Below are positions 12,001 through 23,769 of a stretch of 64,000 nucleotides of DNA, piece after piece. Location: contig NC_058130.1 of NCBI RefSeq assembly GCF_016433145.1, positions 88,013,421 to 88,077,420 on the forward strand, read 5' to 3'. The DNA comes from Gracilinanus agilis (Eukaryota). A program made the translations under genes and the position numbers. Under the pieces are notes generated by a model. It was not told the origin of the DNA. It did not search any database and saw only the letters and a list, made by a program, of their open reading frames with translations. Numbering within the stretch: the stretch's first letter is position 1; each line of letters starts with the position of its first letter.

Positions 12001-12020
12001 GGGGGGGGGGGGGGGGGGGG
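12001..12020 (+). repeat. G20 homopolymer in MANF intron 2
   Basis: Read directly. Confidence 0.95.
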
Positions 12021-12199
12021 AAGTTGGTTGATAAAAGAACTGAACTTGAAGGCTGAACCCAATCAGCACAGATTAAATTCTTAGAATAGGGGCCTTCAGT
12101 ACAGAAAAAAAAACTGTTTTATCACTGGGTTCTGACAAACTCATCTAGTAAATAATTTAAATACCATTTAGAGAAGACCAAGACATGGCATTTACTCAC

Positions 12200-12327
12200 C
12201 AAACGGTTTTCTTTCCCTTTTGCATCATTGCAAAACTTCATAAGTTCATTTTCAATGTTGCTTGGGGAAAATGTGACACCTCTGTCTTTAAGGTCTTGGT
12301 AAAATTTTCCAAGAAAAGAAATGCATA
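12200..12327 (-). CDS. MANF: MANF exon 2 (saposin-like domain)
   Basis: ttttttatag|TATGC...CGTTTG|gtgagt; [43 protein letters not shown]; 128 nt, phase 1 to 0. Confidence 0.97.
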
Positions 12328-13465
12328 CTATAAAAAAAAAGAAAGGGAAAGTTATTGTAGCCTCATCTATGCTTATCCCAAATAGCCCCAGAAAAATATT
12401 TTCAAAAGACTTGCCTTCTAAGAATTAACTATAATCAGTTCTTTTAATGTTTAACTGTACTGAAAGACAGTAGCTTTTCTCATGTGTTTTTCCACTATAC
12501 CATATATAACAGTTAACCTGGAACTAAATCATGCTAAGTATTAATGTGTTAAAATTATTCACAAAAGGTAATATAGCTACATATTGACATGGGTCTCCTG
12601 AAAGGATGATTATGTTTCTAACAGTGGCATTCTAGGTCCTGTGGTATGAGGAGAAAAATATAGCACACTGGCTGCCTGGTCTGCTTATTACTTAGGTTGG
12701 CCTACTTTGGACACCTGAGTATATATATTAAAGACCTGGTTGCAACTGAGAATTTCTATGAAGAAAAGGGTTGTCTAAAGTGAACAATGCATCAGAGACC
12801 CATAAATATCCTAACAGCTTCCTGATGCATGGGCTTTCTTTATGCATCATACACTTAATGATCTGGTTATCTGAGAGTCCTTTCTGGTTCTGGTTTTAGT
12901 TGCCCAACTAGCCCTGCAGCTTTGAGGATAGTGAAGTTCTCCTCCATTACCTGGATGGTTTTGAGAAATTTGTTGCTCACAAACTTCCCTTTAAAACTGA
13001 TCCACTTCAGAATAAAGAATCAGAAACTCTGGAATTCCCCAACTTTGTAGTAGCCAAACTCAACAAATTTAATGGGTGCTTCTAGACCCGTACTTGCATG
13101 GGTATGAGAACCCAAGGCATTATAGAATTTTTGACCCAAAATGTCCTTAAGAGAGAAAGAGTACCCCACCCTTACCCCTATTTTACACATTAGGAAATAA
13201 GCTCAGAATGTAGAAGTGGTTTGTCCAAATTCACATCATTCAATTTAATCATTAAGTTCCTGCTTTCAAGGAGCTTGATAGAGAAAAAAGGACATATGGC
13301 TTATAGGTGTAGGTTAATATAAAATATATACAAATATACCACCTGGTCAGCACTAATCAGCTATCAATATAAAACCCAGAAAAGGTCAATATTACTCATA
13401 ACACAAAGTAATTCTGGGCTGGGGGTGGTGGGATGGGGACAGCTTGTACAAAGGCAAAAATGCCA

Positions 13466-13663
13466 GGGGCACCTAGGTAGCTGAGTGGATAGCAAGCCAG
13501 GTCTGTACTTGGTAGGTCCTGGGTTCAGATGTGAACTCAGACACTGCCTAGGTGTGTGACCTGTCCCGGGGCAAGTTACTCGACCCCAAAATTACCATTC
13601 CAATACTTAGTATCATGCTAGGACAGAAAATGAAGGTTTATTAATTTAAAAAAAAAAAAAAAA
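13466..13663 (+). mobile_element. SINE-2_MD-like SINE, diverged
   Basis: GGGGCACCTAGGTAGCTGAGTGGATAG head, A-rich tail. Confidence 0.7.
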
Positions 13664-13889
13664 GCAGAGATGCTAGAGAGAGGATGCAGCATTGTATAGC
13701 ATTAAGTCAGTCAGTTGGATGCAGGATGGGGAATCATTTGAACTGAGAAAGTTTGGAGCCAGGCTGGGAAGGGCTTTTAAAATGGCGAACAGGAAAGGCT
13801 GTATTCAGTCTTAGAGAAAATATCAAACTACTGAAAGATATACCTCTAAACTCACTGAACCGCTTAAAACCCCTTCAAGTACCACCTTC

Positions 13890-14090
13890 TACATGAAGTC
13901 ATTCTTTCCCTAAGTACCTTGTATGCTATTTATGTAGCCCAAATATGTATACAAACAAGTATACACACACATATAAATGTTGTCTGCCCAATAGAATGGA
14001 AATTCCTTGACAGCAGGGAATGTCACAGTTTTTTCTATGTGCCTTTAGTGCCTAGCACATTGAAGATACTTAATAAATGTATATTGATTC
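13890..14090 (+). mobile_element. L2 LINE 3' end
   Basis: TTCCTTGACAGCAGGG...GTGCCTAGCACA...CTTAATAAATG. Confidence 0.65.
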
Positions 14091-15599
14091 CTTATGTGGA
14101 AAAATCTGTGACTTTCAAGAAGTGTCACTTTGGTAGCTGGGCAGTGGATAGATTGGAGACAGGAGAAACTGGAAGCAATTAAGATAAATTATGAGGTTAT
14201 TGTAGTTACACAGAGAAGAAGTGATGAGTACCTGAACTAGGTGAGTGGCAAGAACAGCTTTAATATGCAAGATCTGAGGCAATTCAAAAGGCCTTCCCAA
14301 TGTGGAAACAGTTCAGAGCACTGCTTTGGGTGATGGGCTAATAATATAAACTGACTAAAAACATAACAGCTCTGCCAAAAGAGGAAAGTAGAAAATCTTT
14401 TTTAGAGACCCAGTAATAACAGTCTTTGAGTTACCAAGATATCAGTATGATTTTTCCTGACAGTTGCAGATTTGCACTGATCCACCCACATTCTTTCATC
14501 TTTTGCAACATCTAGGGGTGCAGTCTATGGTAATGGACTAGAAGAACACCTTCTAATCAGGGTCCTTTCCAAATAACAAACATTTACATAGCACTTTATG
14601 TTTTACAGAATGCAGCAAGGCACACTAAAGAGTGCTGGATCAAACTGTTTGACATTTATTTCACGGTCATGATTGTGGTTCTTAAGTTTTTCGGATATTC
14701 ATGTTTTACTATTTAAAAGGAATTTGATGTGAAGAAAAATTTGATACTTTAAAAATACTTAATTTAGTTTTATTACGGTGTTAAAACAGTGTTTAAATCC
14801 TTCCTCTGCCACTATTTTTAACCTGTGTGGTTTTATCTCTTTGGCCAATAATTTCTCAATTGTAAAAAAACAAAAACAAAAAAACAAGGGGTCAGACTAG
14901 ATGACCTTAAAAATTCCTTACCATCTCTAATTCTAGGGGCCTATGATTTTAATTCTCAATCCTGGAAAGCCTGGTACTACCTGTATTATTAGCCCCATTT
15001 TGTAGATTAAAAAGCCAACCAACCAAACTAGACAGGGTCGCATCCTCTTGCTCCTTTGTTATTAATAAGTGGCATAGCTAAGAGTTTCATTGGTCTTAAT
15101 GCCGCAAGAGCCCTATTACAGAAACAGTTGAACGAGAAGATCAATCTCATCTAGCTTCAATTACAAGCAACCCTGGGATTTCGAGGTGATCAAGTATATC
15201 AGGTTAGGACAGAACTCTCACTGACCAGAACCTTTTGGCTTCCTCAAGAATTGCTCCCCTCCTGCCCTTTCTTTTCTCCAGACTTTTAAGTCCCAAGACC
15301 AAGTGCACACAGGACGGCCCTGTCAACCCCTTCCTCTTTTGAATTTGGAGTTGGGCTTTACTTTGTATGGTTTCTCCAGGTTTATAAAGGACTTCTCTCC
15401 CAACACTCTGGCTAATGGGTACAAGTTCAAATGGACTTTCTCCCCTATTTTCTGTGAGAGGATGCCTAGGCTCAAAATGCTGGGGCAGAAGGAAAAACTC
15501 GAGAACCTCTGAAGACTCTCCGGGCAGAGACGGGGCGGGGAAGAAGCTCATCTTCAGTGACAAGTGAGTCTCAGTTTCTCCTCTTGTATAATGGTGGTG

Positions 15600-16450
15600 G
15601 GTGACATTTTCACCACACTTTCTTCACCTCCACTACTAAGCCGGCCATGAGGCCCTTTCTCTCACTCTTCCCTTCCCCGGTCCAGGCCCTCCCCAAGGCG
15701 AGGCCCGGTTCCTCGGGTCCCCTTTTCAGGGGCAGTCCCGCCCCAGCCCAGCCCGGCCAGGGCCACGGCTCAGGCACCAAGCAGCTTCGGCTCCCTCCCC
15801 CGGCTGAGCCAGCGCCTCTGTCGCTCTCACCTTCGCAGTCGCCCGGCCGCAAGGCCCGGCTCCCGCCCGGCAGCACAGTCAGGGCCAGCGCCACCGCCAG
15901 CCCGTGAGTGGCCAACATCTTCTTGCTCCCGCCGCCGCTCGGACTGATCTGATCCCGGCAGTCAGGTCTTCTCCAAGCGCCGGCTTCAACACCGCCGCGA
16001 CATCTCATTGGCTACCCCTCTTCGCTCTTTCCTACGTCCAGTTTTCTCATTGGTCACGGCCTCACAGAGCCCAGACGGGCGGCTCCACGACGCCGTTTCT
16101 TATTGGATTGCGTTGTCATCGGCTCTCAGCCCGGGACAGTTGGCGGCCGCTGATTGAAGGAGGGCGGGATATAGGGAAAGTGGCGGCTCGGATAACCCGC
16201 TTCCCGGAAACGGAACTGGTGTGAGGGTGGCCATCTTGTAGAGGGGTACCGTGGTCGTTGCTCCGCCTAGTGGAGGGCGGACAAAAGCGAAAAAGGGCGG
16301 CTACGCTGGATGGGGAGACGCTGCTGCCTAGTATGTTTTCCTCTGAATGTTTTTGATTGGACATTTCTTGGACCTCATATCTTGCTTTCCATTCTCTTCC
16401 CCTGCCCATATTCTACCTCGGGCTGATTCAGTTAACGTCGGTTACGCGCC
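15600..16450 (-). promoter_or_regulatory. MANF: MANF CpG-island promoter with CCAAT cluster, ETS, YY1 and GC-box motifs
   Basis: CpG-dense; ATTGG at 16007, 16049 and 16102; CCGGAA 16204-16209; GCCATCTT 16230-16237; GGGCGG boxes. Confidence 0.85.
15831..15918 (-). CDS. MANF: MANF exon 1 coding part (signal peptide)
   Basis: AAGAAG-ATG; MLATHGLAVALALTVLPGGSRALRPGDCE then G|gtgaga donor; 88 nt. Four exons total 543 nt = 180 aa + stop, with eight conserved Cys. Confidence 0.97.
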
Positions 16451-16469
16451 ATACCCTAGTTACCACTCA

Positions 16470-16770
16470 CTACTGTGAGCGCGGGGCTTGAAAGAGGGAA
16501 GACCTGAGTTCGATTTTAGTCTCAGACTTGTAGTAGCTGTGTGACTGGGCACGTCATTTAACGCGTTCCTCAATTTCCTTATCTGTAAAATGGGGATAAC
16601 AATAGTTCCTAACCCTCACAGAGCGTGGAGACAACAGTTATTACTAGCCTCTATTTTTGCAGATGGATAAACTGAGGCTCAGAGAGGTAAGCCAGTGCCT
16701 TTACCACCGTGTCTGATGAAGCATTTGAATTAAACTCCACGTCCAGCACTAGCGAGTAGGCCAATCTGCC
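16470..16770. mobile_element. Two MIR fragments, plus then minus
   Basis: TTTCCTTATCTGTAAAATGGGGATAA (plus) and GCAGATGGATAAACTGAGGCTCAGAGAGG (minus). Confidence 0.6.
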
Positions 16771-18049
16771 TCTTAATAACTAAGTGGGGAACAAGACCCA
16801 GGTTTCTAGACTTTGTCGGCTAGGAGACCGGAGTCCTTTTCCTTACTTTGATCTGCCCCAAGGCAGGACATCTCCCCACTCTGTCATTTCAGTTGATGCA
16901 AAGTCCTGCACTCCTCATCATGTTCTCTCTACTTTACCTCCCGTTCTTCAGTTGGTCCTTTAACCCTAGTCTCCTTAGCCATATCGTGTGCGCACGCGCG
17001 CGCGTGTTGGGGGGGGGGGAAGGAGGGACACTCCCAATTCACATTTCCCTTCAAGAATCATTTCATTAAGCTGCCAACTCAACTCTACTTTTCCTCCTTC
17101 AATTCTGTCCTTGTTAAAAAAGGAATAATAACTGGTAAAGTCCCCAAAGGCCCATTCTCTCCCTCAAGATAATTTATTTTATCTGTAGTTATATGTGTGC
17201 CTAATACAGGATGTTAGCACCGCTGGAAATAAACGGTTGGTTTTGCATTAGTTGATGCCTTCTTCCTCCCAACTCTCTGTCGGCTAGCCCCGGCTTTCCC
17301 CTTTGCCTCTGGCTTATTGCTTCAGCTTTTCTAGCAGCTTCATTCTAATTTCTACCTTTTTTTTTTAAAGGCTCCTTGTTTCTAGGAGATGATAATTATA
17401 AAGGCTTTGCAAACCTTAGGGCGCTTTATAAATGCTAGTTATTGTTTCTATTGTCACATCCCCTTCAGAGCCACTCCTGCTCTTATTGGCTGGCTGTGCC
17501 TCCAAAGGCAGCTCTATTATTCCTCAAAGTTCTTAGGCTGTTTTTAGTACTGTTGCTCTTGAGACCCCACTGATTCAGCCCGAAGTCTCAATGGGCTTTT
17601 AAGAAAGGCTACTTACTGAGGAGGTTTATTAGGAACTATAGTAGTTACAAAAACATTCCCTCCAAAAGAGGAGTGCATGCCCCACCTACACATATAAGTG
17701 TGTGTGTGTGGGGATGGGTTTATACTTAGAGTAGAAAAATAGTGTAAAGAACACAAGAGGCCAAAGGGTAAACTCACTGGTTTCTAGAAGTCCTTTTCCC
17801 TTTGTGAAACCTTCACTAAGTCCCCTTAGGTGCACCTCTCTTCTGGCCTCTGAAAATTGGTGCCTTGGCTTGTCTATCTTGAGGTTGCTTTTTGGTCACC
17901 TTCTGTAGCTACTATTAGCACTCTGGTGGACTCTTCTTCTAACTAACTGATGGGACTTCAGAATCTCCCAAACTCACATAGTCATTTGGGGGTTGGGGGA
18001 GGAAGAATGCATAGTTTCTATCAATAAATTCAAGGTACTAGACCTAAAT

Positions 18050-18450
18050 AATGTGTGTGTTAAAAAGTATTGAAGGATCTGACTGCTAATTCCCTGTCAT
18101 CAGTCTTTGAAAAATCAAGGAGAACAGGAAAGCGTTAGGGTAATCTTCAGACAAATGGAACAGTGAGTCTTATTGACAAATTCTAGAACCTATTATTAAA
18201 GAAACAATTTGTGGGCTTTTGGAAATTCAAGTATTAGTTGGTAAGATCCAGTACTGCTTTATCAAGAAAAAGTTTACATTTATTACACTGAACAAGGGAA
18301 TACTATAGAGACACTCTTCAACCTAGATTTTGGAAAAGCATTTGGTAAAATATCACATTATCTTTGTGGGTAAGAGAGATTTGAGCAACACGATAGTACA
18401 GTTAGATATATTCAGAATTGATTAAATTACTGGATCACAAAGAACCACCA
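18050..18450 (+). mobile_element. CR1/L3 RT fragment
   Basis: Degenerate CR1 RT including CTAGATTTTGGAAAAGCATTTG (LDFGKAF). Confidence 0.65.
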
Positions 18451-18459
18451 AAAATGGAT

Positions 18460-18595
18460 GGATGGGGTAATAGAGCTATGTAGCCGGGCTAGAGTTGGAA
18501 GGACCTGGGTTCAAATCTCACCTTGATTAGAATCAAATCTCACCTTAGAATCAAATCTCATATTGATTCTAAGACAGAAGGTAAGGATTTAAACA
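18460..18595 (+). mobile_element. Internally rearranged SINE-2_MD-like SINE
   Basis: Head, B box and ATTGATTCTAAGACAGAAGG tail present; body replaced by short repeats. Confidence 0.65.
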
Positions 18596-18645
18596 CCACC
18601 CCCCAAATGCAAAGAAATAAAAAAAGGATGGATATCAATTTAGAG

Positions 18646-18819
18646 CAGGGGTTCTTAACCTGGGGTCTCAGAACTTTAAAAACTATTTGATAACTGAATT
18701 TAATTATATAATGTAATCCTAGTATTTTATTTTATGCATTTAAAACCATTATTCTGAGAAACAGTCCATGGTTACATGAGCCTGCCAAAGTGGATACTCA
18801 AAAAAGTTAAGAACCTTTG
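18646..18819. mobile_element. hAT/Charlie-type MITE
   Basis: TIRs CAGGGGTTCTTAACC / AGTTAAGAACCTTTG; 8-bp TSD ATTTAGAG / TTTTAGAG fits the hAT nTYTARAn target. Confidence 0.75.
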
Positions 18820-19019
18820 TTTTAGAGGGAGGCCTCTAGGAATTTGCACTTGATCTTTTATTGCTTAAGGCTTTTAATAGTAACTTGGATGATGGCATAG
18901 ATGGTATGCTTATTCAGCTTATAGGTGCTATAAATCTGGGAAGAATAAATAATATGGATAATAGAGTGAGGATCCCAAAAGAGCTACATGGGCTAGAAAA
19001 GTGGGTCAAACTTTATGAG

Positions 19020-19420
19020 ATCAAACAATAAACATGCAAATATTAGGTGCTCACTACATGCCAGGTACTGGGGACACAGGCAAAAATTAAATAGTTCTTG
19101 CTCTCAAAGAGCATATATTTCATTAGGAAGTTTATACACACACAAACACATGAAATAAAATAATAAGCAAATACAAATATACAAAATAATTTCATATGTA
19201 ACAACAGGAGTTGGGAGCAGCAATAAAAGTCTCATGTAAGAACTCTTAAGTTGAATTTTGGAGGAAAGAAGGGATACCTTGAAGTACAAGTGAGGAGAAG
19301 GTGCTTCCAATATGAGGGACAGATTGCAAAAAAGTACAGAGATGGGGAGAGGAATGTTGTTTGTGAGAAACAATAAGAAAACTAATTTAAAGGAAGTCAG
19401 TAACCAAAAAGATTGATTCA
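19020..19420 (-). mobile_element. L2 LINE 3' region
   Basis: GTGCTCACTACATGCCAGGTACTGGGGACACAG...TTGCTCTCAAAGAGC. Confidence 0.65.
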
Positions 19421-22244
19421 ACTGGGCCACAGGTTCCTCTTCTGTAGAATGATGAGAGTGGTGCTCCTCTCATTCTATCTGCCCCTTCTCTGCTGTGTAG
19501 AAGAATAGTGTGAGCAACAAGAAGAGAGACAAGTGACAAGATGTGATAGCAAAGGTCCAGGGTTCCTGAATTTCAGACCTAATCACTTCTACTTAATAGC
19601 AGGAGTAATAAAATTAGTATGGGGAGCGTGAAAGGTATGGAATAGAGAACTTTCTTAAAACTCCTGGGATCAGAGAAGTAGTACTATGTGGGTACTAGCT
19701 GGGCTTAGGGGAATAGGGGTATAGGCATGTAGCTGGATGGTAGCTGTATTGCTATGAATTGCTGCTTTTAGTAATTTTATACTATCTTTTATAGTATCTC
19801 TTATACGGTTAAGGGGATTTTCTTAATCTCTGACACAAATCTACTACTGTGAAATATTTAGTGGTACTAGGAATAGAGGAAATAAATAGTTGATAGACTT
19901 GGAACAACAGGATACCTTTTGATGACATGATTATTAACAGCCTTTAAATCTTGAACAAATCAATAGACAGGTTTTCCATTTTTGTCTAATTTCCATTTTT
20001 TAATAGGTAAGATAGGTATATTATATTCTAATTTGCATGGGATTATTATTTTTTGTTTAATTAAAGAATTTATCACTGGAGTAATTCCATTGATTGCTTC
20101 TTTTGATAATGGATATTGAGGAATGGATGGAGCCATTTTTTGTTCTAATTTGAACCAGAACAGCTGATTTAAGCAGGCCTACATCTGTAGAAGATGTAGC
20201 CCAATACCAAGAGCATGCAATACTGAATATAATATCCAGGTCAGTCCATTTGTTCTTGAGAAGAATTATTTCTATTATGTCACTGATGTTCAGTGTAAGT
20301 TCAAGGCAGAGTTTTTGATATAATGGTGGCTTGGATCTGATTTGGAGTGGGTAAGACTGCCCTAACCATATCCCCTAGACTTAATTGGCAAAATCATTCG
20401 GAAGGAGATGGAGCTGAGACAGCATCTACTCTCTGAGAACTATAGTGAGGATGGCACACTTCTCTGGCATTCCCCCCTCAGTACAATGGGACCCCATATC
20501 ATGGTTCTTCCTATTAAATAGAACAAACTAGTAGCTAGAAGCACTACCTGGTGGTGAAAGTGCGCTGGAGGCCATGGTGTGTAAGGTCTTTTCTGACTCT
20601 ATCACTCTGTGAGCTTGTGAGATCTGAGCTCCATTTAACTCCGACTCAGCTTAGCTTTAGTTTCAGAGAGTTGAATGAGTTTTCTCCCATGACTTTGGGT
20701 CAGTTACTTGCAATCTCAACCTTTGGTTTTGCCTTCTATAAAGTGAAAGTTGAGCCAGATGATCCCTGAGGTTCCTTTTAGCTTTAATATTGTCATTATA
20801 TTTTGAAGGCATTGTGGGAAATTGGTTTCAAGACCTTTTTCATATCTCTTTTTAAAAGCATCTATTTGCTATAAGGGTTAACACTGCCCAGGATTTAGGC
20901 TTCTTAGATGTCAGGTATGAAGAAACAGCTGACCTTAGTTCCTAGTTATCTAAAATAATTAGGTAAAATGGGAAGATGCCATATGTCTACTTTCTCCGGG
21001 GGTGGGGGTGGGGTGGGGGGGGTGGCGGCGCGGGATGCTGTTTCTTGGTGTCCAGAGATCTCTGACCTTAAGGGCTGGTCTCTCCCTCTCCTGCCCTCCA
21101 ACTAAAGGTGTCTTTTGTATTTGCTTCAGATGTTAAAAATCCTTAATTATAGCCCTATTCTTTACCAGCAGAATCCTACCTAACACAACTTTCCAATTTA
21201 ATTTCAGCACTTTTCTAGAAGGAGTTGGTAGAAAGCAGGGCAATAATAATTTGGCCATGGTAAAGGGTAATTGATAAAGATTATTGATTTGACTGGTTCT
21301 AGAGTACAAATGATGTATGATACCTCTCTTCCTCTAGGTGGTGGTAGTAGGGACTATAGATACTGAATGTTTCATAAGCTATTTTACTGGGAGAATTTTA
21401 TGGTGGCTGGAGGAATCAGTGTGTCTGGAAATGGCCATAGTATTAAAGATGCCATTTTAGTTATTAAAAACACCTTAAGAAGGCAAATTAAAAAAAAAGA
21501 TATTGCCACTTTTTTCCCTGAGCTCTCCTTTGCATTATTAAGAATCATCCTATAAAACTTTTCAAAATCTGGCTATAGGTGCTCACCTCCCTCTGAATTG
21601 ATAAAGATCTTTGAGGGACTGAGTTTCTGGCCACCCAAGAGTGCTGTGCAGAGAACTTTCTCTTCATCTTACACTCTCTTACCCCAGGGTCCTTTCAATC
21701 CTACTGACTTTTGTCCTTTACTTGTAAAGCAAATACTAAATGGAAGAAACTGTTCTTCCAAGGAAAACAGTAATGGTTTCTGTGTACCCAAGTCATGTAG
21801 GCAAGTTCCTTCCTTTTCTGAGCTTCAGTTTTCCTTGTCTGAAGAAATGGGGTCAACATTACTTACTCCATCTGCCTCACAGGATTGTTGTGCTTTACCT
21901 ATAGAACTGAGTGCTTGGCATCATGTTTATTATTAACTATGAAAATCATACTCAAGGCTCAAATGTGGAGAATTCTGTCAAGAAGTCTTAAATAGGGCAG
22001 AAATAAAGACCCTGTCATCATCTCCATAACTTCCTCAAAGAGAGAGAGACAGAGAGGAATGGATGGGGAAGGGAATATTGTAGATTGCAACTTGCTCATC
22101 CCATAATAATTTATATGTACATCTTCCTAGAAATTCATGAAAGATCCATCCAGAAAGCTTTCTTCACTTTTTCATAATATTTCATAGATATGAATATAGG
22201 CTATAAAAGTCTCAGAACCAAATGCAGAAAAGCAGAATGTTAAG

Positions 22245-22266
22245 TATATATATATATATATATATA
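22245..22266. repeat. (TA)11 microsatellite
   Basis: Read directly. Confidence 0.9.
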
Positions 22267-22758
22267 AGTATGAATGTAGTACTAGGGTTGTCTATTAATT
22301 CCTCTCATTAATTCTATTACTAGTCCAAACCTTTTATCAGGTATACATGTCCTTTATTGCATCACTTCTCATGGGCAAGTTGCTCTTGGTAATATGCAGT
22401 AGCTGTTTATTTCCATCATTTGCTTATTATTTGCAATTTACCAGCAATTTAAATTTTTTAGAGATTGAGGTGTTTCATGATTAATTATGATATATATATG
22501 CTATTATTATTCTTAGCCAAAAACATCACTGGAGGATTATTGGTATTAAAATGATGGACTTTGGTGGCAGGGACAGTTTGAATTTATTGAAAGCATAATT
22601 AATACTTGGGATCTGGTCCAATATATTATACTTATTTAATTGTGGTCTCAGTTACTTGCCTATCATTAGTATTTAAGATATACATATTGATGGACCAGCT
22701 TGATAGGCTGCTCCTTAAGCTCTATGTCACAATATGCATTTCAAAAATCTCCTTTGCT

Positions 22759-22955
22759 GGGGGCTGCTGGATGACTCAATGGATTGAGAGCCAGGCCTGG
22801 ATTCAGGAGGGTAGGTTCAAATCTGGCCTCAGACAATTTCTAGCTGTGTTACCCTGGGCAGGTCACTTATCCCCATTGCCTAGCCTTTATTGTTCTTCTG
22901 CCTTGGAACCAATACACAGTATTGATTCTAAGATGGAAGGTAAGTGTTTAAAAAA
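22759..22955 (+). mobile_element. SINE-2_MD-like SINE with TSD
   Basis: Full head and tail; TSD AAATCTCCTTTGCT / AAATCTACTTTGCT. Confidence 0.85.
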
Positions 22956-22990
22956 TAAATCTACTTTGCTTATTAGCAAACACTAGTATA

Positions 22991-23010
22991 GTGAGTGAGT
23001 GAGTGAGTGA

Positions 23011-23050
<40 letters not shown>
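22991..23050. repeat. Compound microsatellite (GTGA)6(GT)18
   Basis: Read directly. Confidence 0.9.
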
Positions 23051-23051
<1 letters not shown>

Positions 23052-23769
23052 CATTAGAAAGTTGGGAGATTGGCCAGAAGCTGATGAATGGTGATGGTGA
23101 CCAGTAAAATTACTAGTTATCTCCATAGCCAAAGTGGAATGGGGAGCTGAAGGAATTTGCTGGTAATTCGGGCAAAAGATAGATTTTGGCTTTTAGTGTT
23201 GGCATGACTTTTTAAAAGTTGTCTTTTTTATTATGAACTTAATAAATATTAACAATGTCAGTGCAAAGAATAACCCTAATAAAGGGAACTGTGGACTTCT
23301 GTTATTGCATGACTTCTGGAAAGATGGGAAGACCAGCCCAATACTTGCCTAATCTCTCAAGTGAAGCCAATTTTCTTCTATCTGTTTTGTTTCCTGATAC
23401 GATGAAACTCCAGGGCTTTACCCTTATTCTTTTGACTTTGGCAGAAAGTCATGAATGAAAGAGATTTGGAATTCATTTTCTTTACTTTGTTTTCTTGCTC
23501 TTTTTTGGATATCCTACCTTGGGATGAGGTCTTAATGTCTGAATTGTGTTCTATTCACAAAAATGCACTTGAGAGAGCTATCAGGAATCTGAGAGGAATT
23601 AAGCCACTTATCTGCCAACTTTTAAATCAATTTGCCATCTCACTGATGTGGATACTCCCTTCAACAGTATAATGCATAATTCCCCCACTGTGGTCCATGG
23701 TTTCTCATAAATCTTCCATTGGGGGTCCACCTAGTGTTTAGGAGGTTTTCTGCTAGGTCTAAAAACATT

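Noticed and set aside
15610-15830. C-terminal part of the 132-aa ORF 15610-16008
   Set aside because: Read-through into GC-rich intron 1 beyond the G|gtgaga donor
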